Source: a virus
Reading direction: 5' to 3' (one strand)
Length of the DNA: 27,317 bases
Virus record (IMG/VR): IMGVR_UViG_3300043389_000001
Coordinates: 110,656 to 137,972 of that record
Shown here: positions 1 to 8,189 of the stretch, one piece after another
Position numbering within the stretch: the stretch's first letter is position 1
How the letters are laid out: each line of letters opens with the position of its first letter
Notes under the pieces: model-generated
Database searches by the model: none
What the model saw: only the letters and a program-made list of their open reading frames with translations
Told to the model about the DNA's origin: nothing
Translations under genes and position numbers: made by a program

Positions 1-49
1 TTACAGCCGTCTTCCCCGAGTGGGGCCAAGTACCCCTTGCAGTGCCCGC

Positions 50-139
50 TTACGTCCCTGCAGCGTCATCGGTCACGGCTACCCTGTCAGTCTCTTCCGG
101 GACCACGATCTCGTCCTTTGGCTTCTTCATCGGGACCAT
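50..139 (-). CDS. Possible 29-aa small protein (MVPMKKPKDEIVVPEETDRVAVTDDAAGT)
   Basis: Manual translation. Lies just downstream of the 165-470 gene on the same strand with mostly G/C third positions, but is very short. Confidence 0.25.
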   Translation of the reverse strand: MVPMKKPKDEIVVPEETDRVAVTDDAAGT

Positions 140-164
140 TCCGGCGGCGACCCTGCGTTAGCGT

Positions 165-470
165 TTAGGCTGGCGGCGTTTCGTTGTCCCATACGTGGGT
201 TTCGCCGTACCCGCCGTCGGTCAGGGCCGTGCGCAGGGCGGGAATGTTGGAGAAATCCCACTGAATCGCCGGCCACACGTCCTCGAACCACAGCTCGACG
301 CGCTGGTCCTGGCGAAAGCGGAGCTTGGTTACCGGCAGAAAACGCTCACCGGGCATGAACACCTCATCGGTGACCCGGGGGGTCGCCGGCAGGGTCACGA
401 CCTTGTAGAAGGTCTCGCGCACCCCGTCCTGGTTCATCGGGAACACAACCTTGGTCAGGAAGTCAGTCAT
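165..470 (-). CDS. Hypothetical protein, 101 aa
   Basis: ORF with protein-like composition and good codon bias. ATG at 470 (MTDFLTK) preferred over 497. Divergent from the GT4 gene. Confidence 0.75.
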   Translation of the reverse strand: MTDFLTKVVFPMNQDGVRETFYKVVTLPATPRVTDEVFMPGERFLPVTKLRFRQDQRVELWFEDVWPAIQWDFSNIPALRTALTDGGYGETHVWDNETPPA

Positions 471-538
471 GGACTGAGCATCGGCTCGGCTGAGCACAAC
501 AATTCATATCCCCGCGCTAGGCGTCGAGGCGCCTGGGC

Positions 539-1648
539 GTGACCCGAATCCATGTTGTCTCCCTCCCGCACACCCTCCTCACCAAGGATTACGACTGGTG
601 CGCCTACACCGCCAAGGTCCGCAGATTCATTGACATGCTGGACATGGCAGGCGTCGAAGCGATCGTCTACGGCCCCGACATCCACGACACCCCCGGCGCC
701 ACCGAGTACAACGTCATCGTCGAGGAAGAAGACCGCCTTCAGTGGTTCGGCGACGCCGAGTGGGACAACACCCGCGTCTTTGACCGCTGGGACACCGAAG
801 ACATCTGTTGGCGCCAGACCAACACCCGTGCTGCCAAGCAGATTCGCCAGAACTGGCGCACCGGGGACATCGTGGGCGTCATCGGCGGCCTGTGCCAGAA
901 GCAGATCATCGACGAGATCGCCGCCCTCGGACCGCTGGTCGTGGAATGGGGCATCGGCTACTCCGGCGTCATCCCCGGCACCCACCGCGTGTTCGAGTCC
1001 TACGCGTGGATGCACCACGTCGCCGGACTGACCCACGCCGACGACATGCGCATGTTCGACGCCGTCATCCCCAACTGCTACGACCTCGACGACTTCACCT
1101 TCTCCGATACCCCCGGCGACTACCTGCTCTACATGGGCCGGCCCACCCCCCGCAAGGGACTACCCATCATCGCCGACATCGCCAAGCGCACCAGCCTGCC
1201 CGTCCTCATGGCCGGACAGCCCGGAGAGCCCATCCCCGGCACCGAACACGTCGGATTGGTCACCGGCAAGCGCAAGGCCGATCTGTTGGCCGGAGCCCGC
1301 GCCCTGCTGACGCCCACCACCTACTTGGAGCCCTTCGGTGGGGTGGCCGTGGAAGCCATGCTGTCCGGAACTCCCGTCATCGCCACCGATTACGGTGCGT
1401 TCACCGAGACCGTCGTGCCCGGTGTCACCGGCTACCGCGCGCGCATGCTCAAGGACTTCATGGACGCCATCGAAGCCATCACCGCGCTGGACCGGCGAGC
1501 CGTGGCCAACCACGCCATCGCCCGGTACTCCCTCGACGCGGGCGCCCGCATGTACGGGGACTACCTGCGCCGCGTGCACACCCTGTACACCGACGGCTGG
1601 TACGCCGAGACCATCTCCTCGATCCCGGCCGTGCGCAAGGAGGCGTGA
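539..1648 (+). CDS. Glycosyltransferase family 4 (GT-B fold, Glycos_transf_1-like), 369 aa
   Basis: LLYMGRPTPRKG and EPFGGVAVEAMLSGTPVIATDYGAFTETV...G.TG, including the E-x7-E motif typical of retaining GT4 enzymes. Confidence 0.93.
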   Translation: MTRIHVVSLPHTLLTKDYDWCAYTAKVRRFIDMLDMAGVEAIVYGPDIHDTPGATEYNVIVEEEDRLQWFGDAEWDNTRVFDRWDTEDICWRQTNTRAAKQIRQNWRTGDIVGVIGGLCQKQIIDEIAALGPLVVEWGIGYSGVIPGTHRVFESYAWMHHVAGLTHADDMRMFDAVIPNCYDLDDFTFSDTPGDYLLYMGRPTPRKGLPIIADIAKRTSLPVLMAGQPGEPIPGTEHVGLVTGKRKADLLAGARALLTPTTYLEPFGGVAVEAMLSGTPVIATDYGAFTETVVPGVTGYRARMLKDFMDAIEAITALDRRAVANHAIARYSLDAGARMYGDYLRRVHTLYTDGWYAETISSIPAVRKEA

Positions 1649-1917
1649 TGCCCGAGGACTTCAAGCGCGGTATGGCCCGCACTTTCACCGTCGTTCGTGA
1701 GCGCGACATCTCCGGTATCTCCGGAACGGGTGTGGTGGCTTTCGGGGTGCAGTTCCATGACGGGACGGTGGTGATGCGCTGGTCTGTCGGGAAGGACTCG
1801 ACGGTGATCTGGGCGGATCTGGCGACGGCCATTGATGTTCACGGTCACGGTGGGGCGACCAAGTTCTACTGGGATGACACGGGAGCCGAGATTACTGGCG
1901 TAACGTCATCTGACTAG
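1648..1917 (+). CDS. Small hypothetical protein, 89 aa (DISGISGTG...GVQF.DG...RW...HGHGG)
   Basis: AAGGAGG RBS and TGATG overlap with the GT4 stop. It is the C-terminal part of track ORF 808..1917. The motif pattern resembles a small phage protein family of unknown function (from recollection). Confidence 0.85.
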   Translation: MPEDFKRGMARTFTVVRERDISGISGTGVVAFGVQFHDGTVVMRWSVGKDSTVIWADLATAIDVHGHGGATKFYWDDTGAEITGVTSSD

Positions 1918-1928
1918 AGGGAATCGGC

Positions 1929-3230
1929 GTGCCCAAGTATCTGTCTCCCATTGACCTGGCGAAGAACGAGCTTCGTAACGCCAGGATTCAGAACCTCGCC
2001 ACGGCGCCGTCGAATCCCGTCGTCGGCCAGGTTTACTTCGACACGACCCAGTCCAACGCGTACTTCTACGACGGTGCCTCGTGGAAGGCGTTCTTCCAGG
2101 ACACCTCGTCCCCGACCGGTGTGGCCGGTGGGGCACTGTCGGGCTCCTACCCGAACCCGGATCTGGCCAACGGTTACATCACGGACGCGAAGATCGCTGC
2201 GAACGCGGCGATTCAGCTTTCGAAGCTGGCAGTCAACCCGCTGGCGCGCGCCAACCACACCGGCACCCAGCTCGCGGCGACGATCTCGGACTTCGATACT
2301 CAGGTCCGCACCAGCCGGCTGGACCAGTTCGTCGCACCAACCAGTGCTGTGTCGCTGGGCAGCCAGAAGATCACCAATCTGGCTGACCCGACCAACGCAC
2401 AGGACGCGGCGACCAAGGCGTACGTCGATGCCACGGCGCAGGGTCTGGACGTCAAGAACAGCGTCCGGCTGGCCACCACCACCCAGATCACCCTGTCGGG
2501 TACGCCGATCGTGGACGGCGTGCAGACGGCTGCGGGCAACCGGGTGCTGGTCAAGAACCAGACCGACTCCACGCTGAACGGCCTGTACACGCTGCCTGCC
2601 GGTGGTGGCCCGTGGGTGCGGTCCTCGGACGCGAACAGCAGCGGGCAGGTCACCCCGGGCCTGTTCACGTTCGTCGAAGAGGGCAACACCAACGCCGACT
2701 CCGGCTGGATTCTGACCACCGACGGCGCGGTCACCCTCGGCACCACCCAGTTGACGTTCGCGCAGTTCTCCGGCGCCGGGCAGATCACCGCCGGTGCGGG
2801 TCTGACCAAGACCGGCAACACCCTCGACGTCAACGGCAGCACCGACCGGATCACGGTCTACGCCGACAACATCGACATCGCCACCACGTACGCCGGTCAG
2901 GCGTCGATCAACACGCTAGGCACGATCACTGCCGGCACGTGGAACGCCACCCCGGTCGCGGTGGCCTACGGCGGTACCGGCTCCACCACCCCGGCCGGGG
3001 CCCGCACCGCGATCGGTGCGGTCGGCAAGTACTCCCTGACCAACGGCGGAACTACCACCGACACCGTCACGCACAACCTGAACACCTCCGACGTCATGGT
3101 GTCCATCCGTCAGCTCTCCGACGGGCAGTCCGTAATCACCGACTGGGCCGTGCAGGACGCCAACACCGTGGTTGTCACATACGCCTCTGCCCCGACCGCC
3201 AACACCCTTCGCGTCACCGTGGTCGGTTGA
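1929..3230 (+). CDS. Virion fibre or head decoration protein, 433 aa
   Basis: KITNLADPTNAQDAATKAYVD and GLDVKNSVRLATT..ITLSG...DGV....G.RVLVKNQT....NGLY...W.R..DA are phage fibre motifs. C-terminal THNLNT.DV.V module. Thr/Gly/Ala-rich. Confidence 0.82.
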   Translation: MPKYLSPIDLAKNELRNARIQNLATAPSNPVVGQVYFDTTQSNAYFYDGASWKAFFQDTSSPTGVAGGALSGSYPNPDLANGYITDAKIAANAAIQLSKLAVNPLARANHTGTQLAATISDFDTQVRTSRLDQFVAPTSAVSLGSQKITNLADPTNAQDAATKAYVDATAQGLDVKNSVRLATTTQITLSGTPIVDGVQTAAGNRVLVKNQTDSTLNGLYTLPAGGGPWVRSSDANSSGQVTPGLFTFVEEGNTNADSGWILTTDGAVTLGTTQLTFAQFSGAGQITAGAGLTKTGNTLDVNGSTDRITVYADNIDIATTYAGQASINTLGTITAGTWNATPVAVAYGGTGSTTPAGARTAIGAVGKYSLTNGGTTTDTVTHNLNTSDVMVSIRQLSDGQSVITDWAVQDANTVVVTYASAPTANTLRVTVVG

Positions 3231-3248
3231 GCCGGTATTCACTGACCC

Positions 3249-3485
3249 ATGCCACAGATCCTCGGCTCGATAGAGCTGCCCATCTACGCCGAGCTACCCC
3301 CCACCGGCCAAGCTGGGCAGCTCTGTCGCGTCGCCGGAGTGATCTACCACTGGGACGGCGGACAGTGGGTCGCCCTGTGGCCGCTTTTCATCGGCCCCAC
3401 CGCACCCACCAGTACGTCCCAAAAGTATTTATGGGTCAACACTTCCGGAAATGACCCAACCTTGTGGGTCGAGGACGGCGCATGA
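3249..3485 (+). CDS. Small fibre-associated protein, 78 aa
   Basis: LP.TG..G......IY.WDG.QW and GPTAP....LWV.T motifs common in phage fibre modules. ATGA-coupled to the next gene. Confidence 0.75.
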   Translation: MPQILGSIELPIYAELPPTGQAGQLCRVAGVIYHWDGGQWVALWPLFIGPTAPTSTSQKYLWVNTSGNDPTLWVEDGA

Positions 3486-4345
3486 CCCTGCGGCAGGTCA
3501 TCTACCGCGTCGTGGAGCAGGGCGGAGGTGACCCCACCAAGTCCGGGATCACCGACTCCATCGCCCTATACGCCCGGGTCAACCTGGCTGACACCGTCGC
3601 CAGCGCCACCGACTCCATCGGCGTGCGCCTGAAGGCCGCCTACGCCGACACCGCCGCCGGCCAGAGCGACACCATCGGGCTGTACGCCAAGGTCAACGCC
3701 GTCGACACCGCCCCGCCCCAGAGCGACCAGCTCACCTCACTGGCCCTGACCGGCGCCGACACCAACGCCGAACCCGGCGATGCCATCACCGTGCTGCGTC
3801 TGGCGCTGGAGGGCGACACCAACCTCGTCCCGGGTGAAGCCATCAAAACTGGGTTCGCCGGACCAGCCCTGTCGGATTCTGCGCCGACGCCGATCGACGC
3901 GCGTCCCACCATCACCGTGCACACCTGGGCGGCCAGCCAGACCAGCTCCGGCAGCGGTGTCACCAACGGCGCCAACGCAGTCGGAGCGGCCAACGGCACC
4001 GTCGCCACCGTCACCGGCTCGGGCCTGCTGGCCACCAACAACACCCTGACCCTGACCATCCCCGTGGCCAGCGTCCCGGCCAGCGGCGCCAAGACCCTGC
4101 GCTGCTTCATCGGGTACACCGCCTCCCTGAACACCGCCTCGGTCACCTTCACCAACCCCGGCGGTTCCCCGGCCTCCGGAACCGTCCCGGTCGCCAACGG
4201 CGCCGTCGCCGGCACCCCCACCGCAGTGGCCCTGACCACCGTGGGTACCAGCTTCACCGTCACCATCACGATGAACGCCGCCGCCCTGCTGGCGCCCACC
4301 TACCTCGTGGACGCCGTGGAGATCCAGACCGTCAGCGTCATCTGA
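3482..4345 (+). CDS. Putative virion fibre protein with N-terminal ~19-aa repeats, 287 aa
   Basis: ATGA overlap gives start 3482. Thr/Ala/Ser-rich, with repeated (T/S/G)D.I......DT units followed by a beta-rich C-terminal domain. Confidence 0.78.
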   Translation: MTLRQVIYRVVEQGGGDPTKSGITDSIALYARVNLADTVASATDSIGVRLKAAYADTAAGQSDTIGLYAKVNAVDTAPPQSDQLTSLALTGADTNAEPGDAITVLRLALEGDTNLVPGEAIKTGFAGPALSDSAPTPIDARPTITVHTWAASQTSSGSGVTNGANAVGAANGTVATVTGSGLLATNNTLTLTIPVASVPASGAKTLRCFIGYTASLNTASVTFTNPGGSPASGTVPVANGAVAGTPTAVALTTVGTSFTVTITMNAAALLAPTYLVDAVEIQTVSVI

Positions 4346-4398
4346 GGCACAGCGCTCGCGGGCACGTTCTGACCGCTGGCGCGCCGACATGAACCCCC

Positions 4399-4878
4399 AT
4401 GGACCTCGAAGACACCGCACCACCGCTGATCGGCGAGTGGACCTTCACCGCCTACTACGGTGACAAGCTGCTCGACACCCTGGGCAACGTGCTCAACCGG
4501 GTCGCATGGCAGCTCACCGCCACCAACATCATCGTCACCACCGGCAAGCAGCTCATGATGGACCGCCTCTTCGGCCTGGGCGGCGTCAGCGCCATCAGCG
4601 GCCTGGCCGTGGGCACCAGCTCCACCGCCGCAGCCCTGAGCGACACCGCCATCACCAGCCCCGCCTACAAGGCGTTCGCCTCCACCCCGACCCGCTCGGG
4701 ACTGGTGGTCACCGCCGTCACCAGCTTCACCACGGCCGAGGCCAACATCAACATTCAGGAAGCCGGCCTCATGACCGGCTCCGGTGGTGTCCTTTTCAAC
4801 CGGCTGGCCCCCATCGGGCCCTTCAACAAGACATCCGCCGTGGCTCTGGACGTCACCGTTCAGATCACCCAGGCGTGA
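4399..4878 (+). CDS. Structural protein resembling a fibre-attachment (tail-collar fibre N-terminal-like) domain, 159 aa
   Basis: NIIVTTGK..M...L.G....ISGLAVGT..TAA..SDT and F...EAN..I.EAGL......LFNR pattern. Confidence 0.72.
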   Translation: MDLEDTAPPLIGEWTFTAYYGDKLLDTLGNVLNRVAWQLTATNIIVTTGKQLMMDRLFGLGGVSAISGLAVGTSSTAAALSDTAITSPAYKAFASTPTRSGLVVTAVTSFTTAEANINIQEAGLMTGSGGVLFNRLAPIGPFNKTSAVALDVTVQITQA

Positions 4879-4894
4879 TCCCGAGGTACATGGC

Positions 4895-5395
4895 ATGGCC
4901 GACGACCTGAACGACGCGATCGACTCCCTGCGGTACATGGTCGCCCGTCCGGGCCTGTTCGAGACCCTGTACCCCGAAACCACCGAGGACATGCTGCTGC
5001 AGGTGCTGCTGGACGGCATGGCCGAGGCCCAGATGACCGGGCTGCTGCTGGATCACAGCTACACCGACGACGGATACATCAGCCCGCCCCTGTCGGCCGG
5101 GCAGACCGCGCTGGTGACCCTGTACGCCGCCGTCCGGTTCATCCGCGCCGAACTGCTCAACCGCAACACCTCCGTGGTGTACGCAGCCGGCTCGGCACGC
5201 TACGAGACGGTGCAGGCCACCAACATCCTGCGCGACATCCTCTCGGCCCTGAGCAAGCAGAAGGACGCCATCTCGGCCAAGCTCGAACAGGGCGGCACCG
5301 CCTCCGCCGGGACCGCGTTCTACATGGCCGACCAGTACCTCGCCCGCCTGTGGGATTCCTACCACCACGCGGGCGAAGTCGCGGCCGGGTGGTGA
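4895..5395 (+). CDS. Putative head-to-tail adaptor, 166 aa
   Basis: Helical-looking protein in the first connector position. Start MADDL at 4895, inside track ORF 4784..5395. Function inferred from synteny. Confidence 0.6.
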   Translation: MADDLNDAIDSLRYMVARPGLFETLYPETTEDMLLQVLLDGMAEAQMTGLLLDHSYTDDGYISPPLSAGQTALVTLYAAVRFIRAELLNRNTSVVYAAGSARYETVQATNILRDILSALSKQKDAISAKLEQGGTASAGTAFYMADQYLARLWDSYHHAGEVAAGW

Positions 5396-5400
5396 TCTGA

Positions 5401-5859
5401 ATGGCGACCCCACCCAAGGCGTACGGCATCCCGTACCAGTTCAACGCCGACCGCTTCCGCAATGCCATCCGGTTCGTCTTCGAGATGGAACAGCCACCAG
5501 AGTTCGCACGGCGCATCACGTTCCACTTCGAAGACGTCATCACCTACACCGGCAGACAGGACGGCGAGCGTGTGCCGTTCGATCCGACCCAGTCGGTGGT
5601 GCGCACCACCCCCACTCCCATCACCGTGCCGTGCGACGTGCAGTTCAAGAACCAGTCCGATGAGCCCACCGCGTTCGGTACCGTCGTGCCGGCGAAGGTG
5701 ACGGTGCTGCTGCTGGATGTGGACTACGTGAAGGTGAAAGACGCCTCGTACGTGCACATCAACGGTGACAAATACCTGAGACACTTCGAAGAGCCGGCCT
5801 TTGGCCTGTTCGACGTGGGCCTGCACACCATGGTCTTCGTCGCCGAGAACGAACTGTAG
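5401..5859 (+). CDS. Putative head-to-tail stopper or head closure protein, 152 aa
   Basis: Beta-rich, second connector position, good codon bias. Function inferred from synteny. Confidence 0.55.
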   Translation: MATPPKAYGIPYQFNADRFRNAIRFVFEMEQPPEFARRITFHFEDVITYTGRQDGERVPFDPTQSVVRTTPTPITVPCDVQFKNQSDEPTAFGTVVPAKVTVLLLDVDYVKVKDASYVHINGDKYLRHFEEPAFGLFDVGLHTMVFVAENEL

Positions 5860-5873
5860 GTGCACGAGAACGC

Positions 5874-6383
5874 ATGGCTTCCGTCAGATTCCGCTCCCGC
5901 TTCCTGCACGCCACGTTCGTGGACGAGGTGAAGTCCAAGCTGGTCGGACTGGGGTGGATCACCCCGCCGGTCAACTTCGGGACCATGCCGGTGCAGGTCA
6001 TCGACTACCAGCCCGACGAGCGCACCGAACCGATCAGGACCAACACGGTGGCGGTGTCGCTGGCGGACTACACCGCCGACGAGGACGAGGAACTGGGTAC
6101 GCGCGGTGGCGGCCTGCGCAGCGCCCCGTACTCGGTGTATGTCGATGTGTTCATGGCCGAACAGGCCCTGTCGCAGGCCATCTGCGATGACATCCGTGAT
6201 GCGTTCACCGACTACTCCCCGCCGCTGGTCGACCAGATCACCGGCTTGGTGGTACCGGACACCGAGATCGACATCGTCCAGATCGTGGGACCCGAACGTC
6301 CCGGTGCCAGCACCGGCGCGGAGAGTTTCCGGCGCTACTGGCGCACTATGCGCCTGGACGCCACGCTCTACTTCTCCAGCTAG
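5874..6383 (+). CDS. Putative tail terminator or completion protein, 169 aa
   Basis: Acidic alpha/beta protein with a Y.VYVDVF.......AICDDIRDAF pattern, located in the connector block. Confidence 0.55.
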   Translation: MASVRFRSRFLHATFVDEVKSKLVGLGWITPPVNFGTMPVQVIDYQPDERTEPIRTNTVAVSLADYTADEDEELGTRGGGLRSAPYSVYVDVFMAEQALSQAICDDIRDAFTDYSPPLVDQITGLVVPDTEIDIVQIVGPERPGASTGAESFRRYWRTMRLDATLYFSS

Positions 6384-6434
6384 AGCGGCCGATCACTGTG
6401 CTGGAACGGACGGAACATCTGGTGGGAGCGTGCA

Positions 6435-6731
6435 GTGGCCGGCAACAGTGCAGTGATGAGACTTCTGGGCGAGCAGCGTAAACGCTGTTACGCCACGATC
6501 CTGACTTCGGCCGAGACGTCCCCGTGGTGGAGCAAGCTGACCGCCACCCAGCAGCAGACGTACCGCGAGAACGTGCGCTCGGCCCTGACGATCTTCTACG
6601 ACCTGACCCGCGACATCGTGAAGATCTCCGACGAGGACGAGGCCCTACGCAACCAGCACGCGCTGGAGCTGATCCGGGCCGTGCACACCCAGACCACGCA
6701 CATCAGCGAAGCCCTCTCCAGCACCCGGTAA
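6435..6731 (+). CDS. Hypothetical helical protein, 98 aa
   Basis: GGTGGGAG upstream of the GTG start, good codon bias, fills the gap in the operon. Confidence 0.75.
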   Translation: MAGNSAVMRLLGEQRKRCYATILTSAETSPWWSKLTATQQQTYRENVRSALTIFYDLTRDIVKISDEDEALRNQHALELIRAVHTQTTHISEALSSTR

Positions 6732-6742
6732 GGAGCGCGATC

Positions 6743-7528
6743 ATGGCCGCCGGATACACGCCGTTCCCCAAGTCCAAGCGCGACCTGGCCATGATCCGCC
6801 GGGTCAAGTCCGACAACTCCGCCGCCATCCAGCGCAGACTGGACCGGCTGCAGAAGCTGGTCGGCAAGAACCTGCCGCGCGTGGTCGAGGACGCCAACAA
6901 GCGCTCGCTGGCCGAGATCCAGAAGCTGGCCCGCGCCAACCTCGCCGCCAGCTTGAAGTCCTCGCGCACCCAGCTTCGCACCGGCAACCTGCAGCGGGCC
7001 ATCATGGACGACCAGTACTCCATCGCCGACGCCCGGCGCATCCAGTTCCTGCGCGATGAACTGATCCGCCCCGACGTGCCCTACTACCGCGCCATCGAGC
7101 ACGGTGACCGCTCGCAGGTCGGCGAGAAGCGTCCCTTCGAGTTCCTGAGCAACGGGGGCCAGCGAGGTGGCCCCCGCCGTCGCTACACCACGCAGGTGCC
7201 TCCGCGTCGCGACGCCGCCATCACCCCGGGTCCCGGTGACCGGATCGTGGGCTCACGCGAGCGCTTCAACCAAGATCGCTTCGGGCGCAGCAAGCGCCGC
7301 TCGGCCGACCCGATCATCAGCCGCAACCGCCAGCGCATCAAGCCCGGCGGCGACAACGGCGGCCTGTTCATGGTGACCATCAAGAACCCGGTCCCGGCCT
7401 ACCACTACGCCCAGCGCGCCCGGGAGCAGTTCCGCGCCAAGAACGTCTACAACACCGAGCTGAACCGGGCCATCCGGGCCAGTGGTCTGGACCGTGAGGG
7501 CATCAAGTTCGTCTTGTCCGGCCGGTAG
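6743..7528 (+). CDS. HK97 gp10-like neck or tail completion protein, Arg-rich, 261 aa
   Basis: TAAGGAG RBS before ATG 6743. RTGNLQRAI and YY.AIEHG motifs plus a C-terminal PAYHY are typical of this family. Confidence 0.7.
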   Translation: MAAGYTPFPKSKRDLAMIRRVKSDNSAAIQRRLDRLQKLVGKNLPRVVEDANKRSLAEIQKLARANLAASLKSSRTQLRTGNLQRAIMDDQYSIADARRIQFLRDELIRPDVPYYRAIEHGDRSQVGEKRPFEFLSNGGQRGGPRRRYTTQVPPRRDAAITPGPGDRIVGSRERFNQDRFGRSKRRSADPIISRNRQRIKPGGDNGGLFMVTIKNPVPAYHYAQRAREQFRAKNVYNTELNRAIRASGLDREGIKFVLSGR

Positions 7529-7541
7529 GCCAGCAGGCGGG

Positions 7542-8006
7542 CTACAGGGGGTCGTAGTCGGCGTCGTCGAGGTCGAGGGCCAGCCCGTCCTCGTCGAGGC
7601 CGTACATGGCGTTGTGCGCGCGCTGCTGCACCCGCCAGTTCGCCACGTCGAAGGCGTGCCAGCCGGAGGTCTGCTGCTGCACGCTGTGCCCGGCCAGATC
7701 CCACAGGGCGATCGAGTCCTGAAACTCCGACTTGATCTGGTCGCTGACCACCACCCGGCGCGGCAGGGTGACCTCGGCCCACATCCATCCCAGCGCGATG
7801 TGCTTACTGCCGTACACGCGCACCGCCGGTTCGCAGTCGTACGCGCCGAAACGCCGGTGCCAGTGCGTGGCCTTCGAGGCGGCCAGACCGGCCTCGTTGG
7901 CCGCCTGCAGGTCCCCGGTATTGAGCAGGATCGCGCAGCGCGCCCATGCCTGCTGCACCTCATCACCCAGTGGGTCAGTGATTGTCCGGTTCACGCGTCT
8001 GGCCAT
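7542..8006 (-). CDS. Hypothetical protein, 154 aa, antisense to the structural operon
   Basis: Fills the gap between the neck and major tail genes with G/C third-position bias on the minus strand. ATG 8006 (MARRVNR). Trp/His-rich with an acidic C-terminus. Confidence 0.75.
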   Translation of the reverse strand: MARRVNRTITDPLGDEVQQAWARCAILLNTGDLQAANEAGLAASKATHWHRRFGAYDCEPAVRVYGSKHIALGWMWAEVTLPRRVVVSDQIKSEFQDSIALWDLAGHSVQQQTSGWHAFDVANWRVQQRAHNAMYGLDEDGLALDLDDADYDPL

Positions 8007-8012
8007 CCCAGC

Positions 8013-8018
8013 ACCGTA
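8013..8018 (-). promoter_or_regulatory. Possible housekeeping-sigma -10 element (TACGGT) for a leaderless transcript
   Basis: TANNNT hexamer 6 nt before ATG 8006, with no SD present. Confidence 0.4.
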
Positions 8019-8189
8019 GGCACGAGGCAAACAGGGCACCAACAGGAGACCCGATCTTTCACCCGGTCGGCCTATTACTCGATTAGTGCTGCGACCTGGA
8101 CGAATCCGTAGGCAGAGTCGGTGAGCCATCACGCCTACCGGCCTCGGCATGCCATACGTAGGCGCCACGATGACAGAAGGGTGATCCGC

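Noticed and set aside
808-1647. Long Arg/His/Pro-rich 5' extensions of track ORFs 808, 6524, 18528, 22636 and 25350
   Set aside because: These are out-of-frame read-through of the upstream or opposite gene. The true starts are downstream, at coupled or RBS-supported codons.
539-1648. GT4 as a T4-like DNA glucosyltransferase or Gtr serotype-conversion enzyme
   Set aside because: No base-modification, GtrA/GtrB or polytopic membrane genes nearby, and the context is structural. Not formally excluded.
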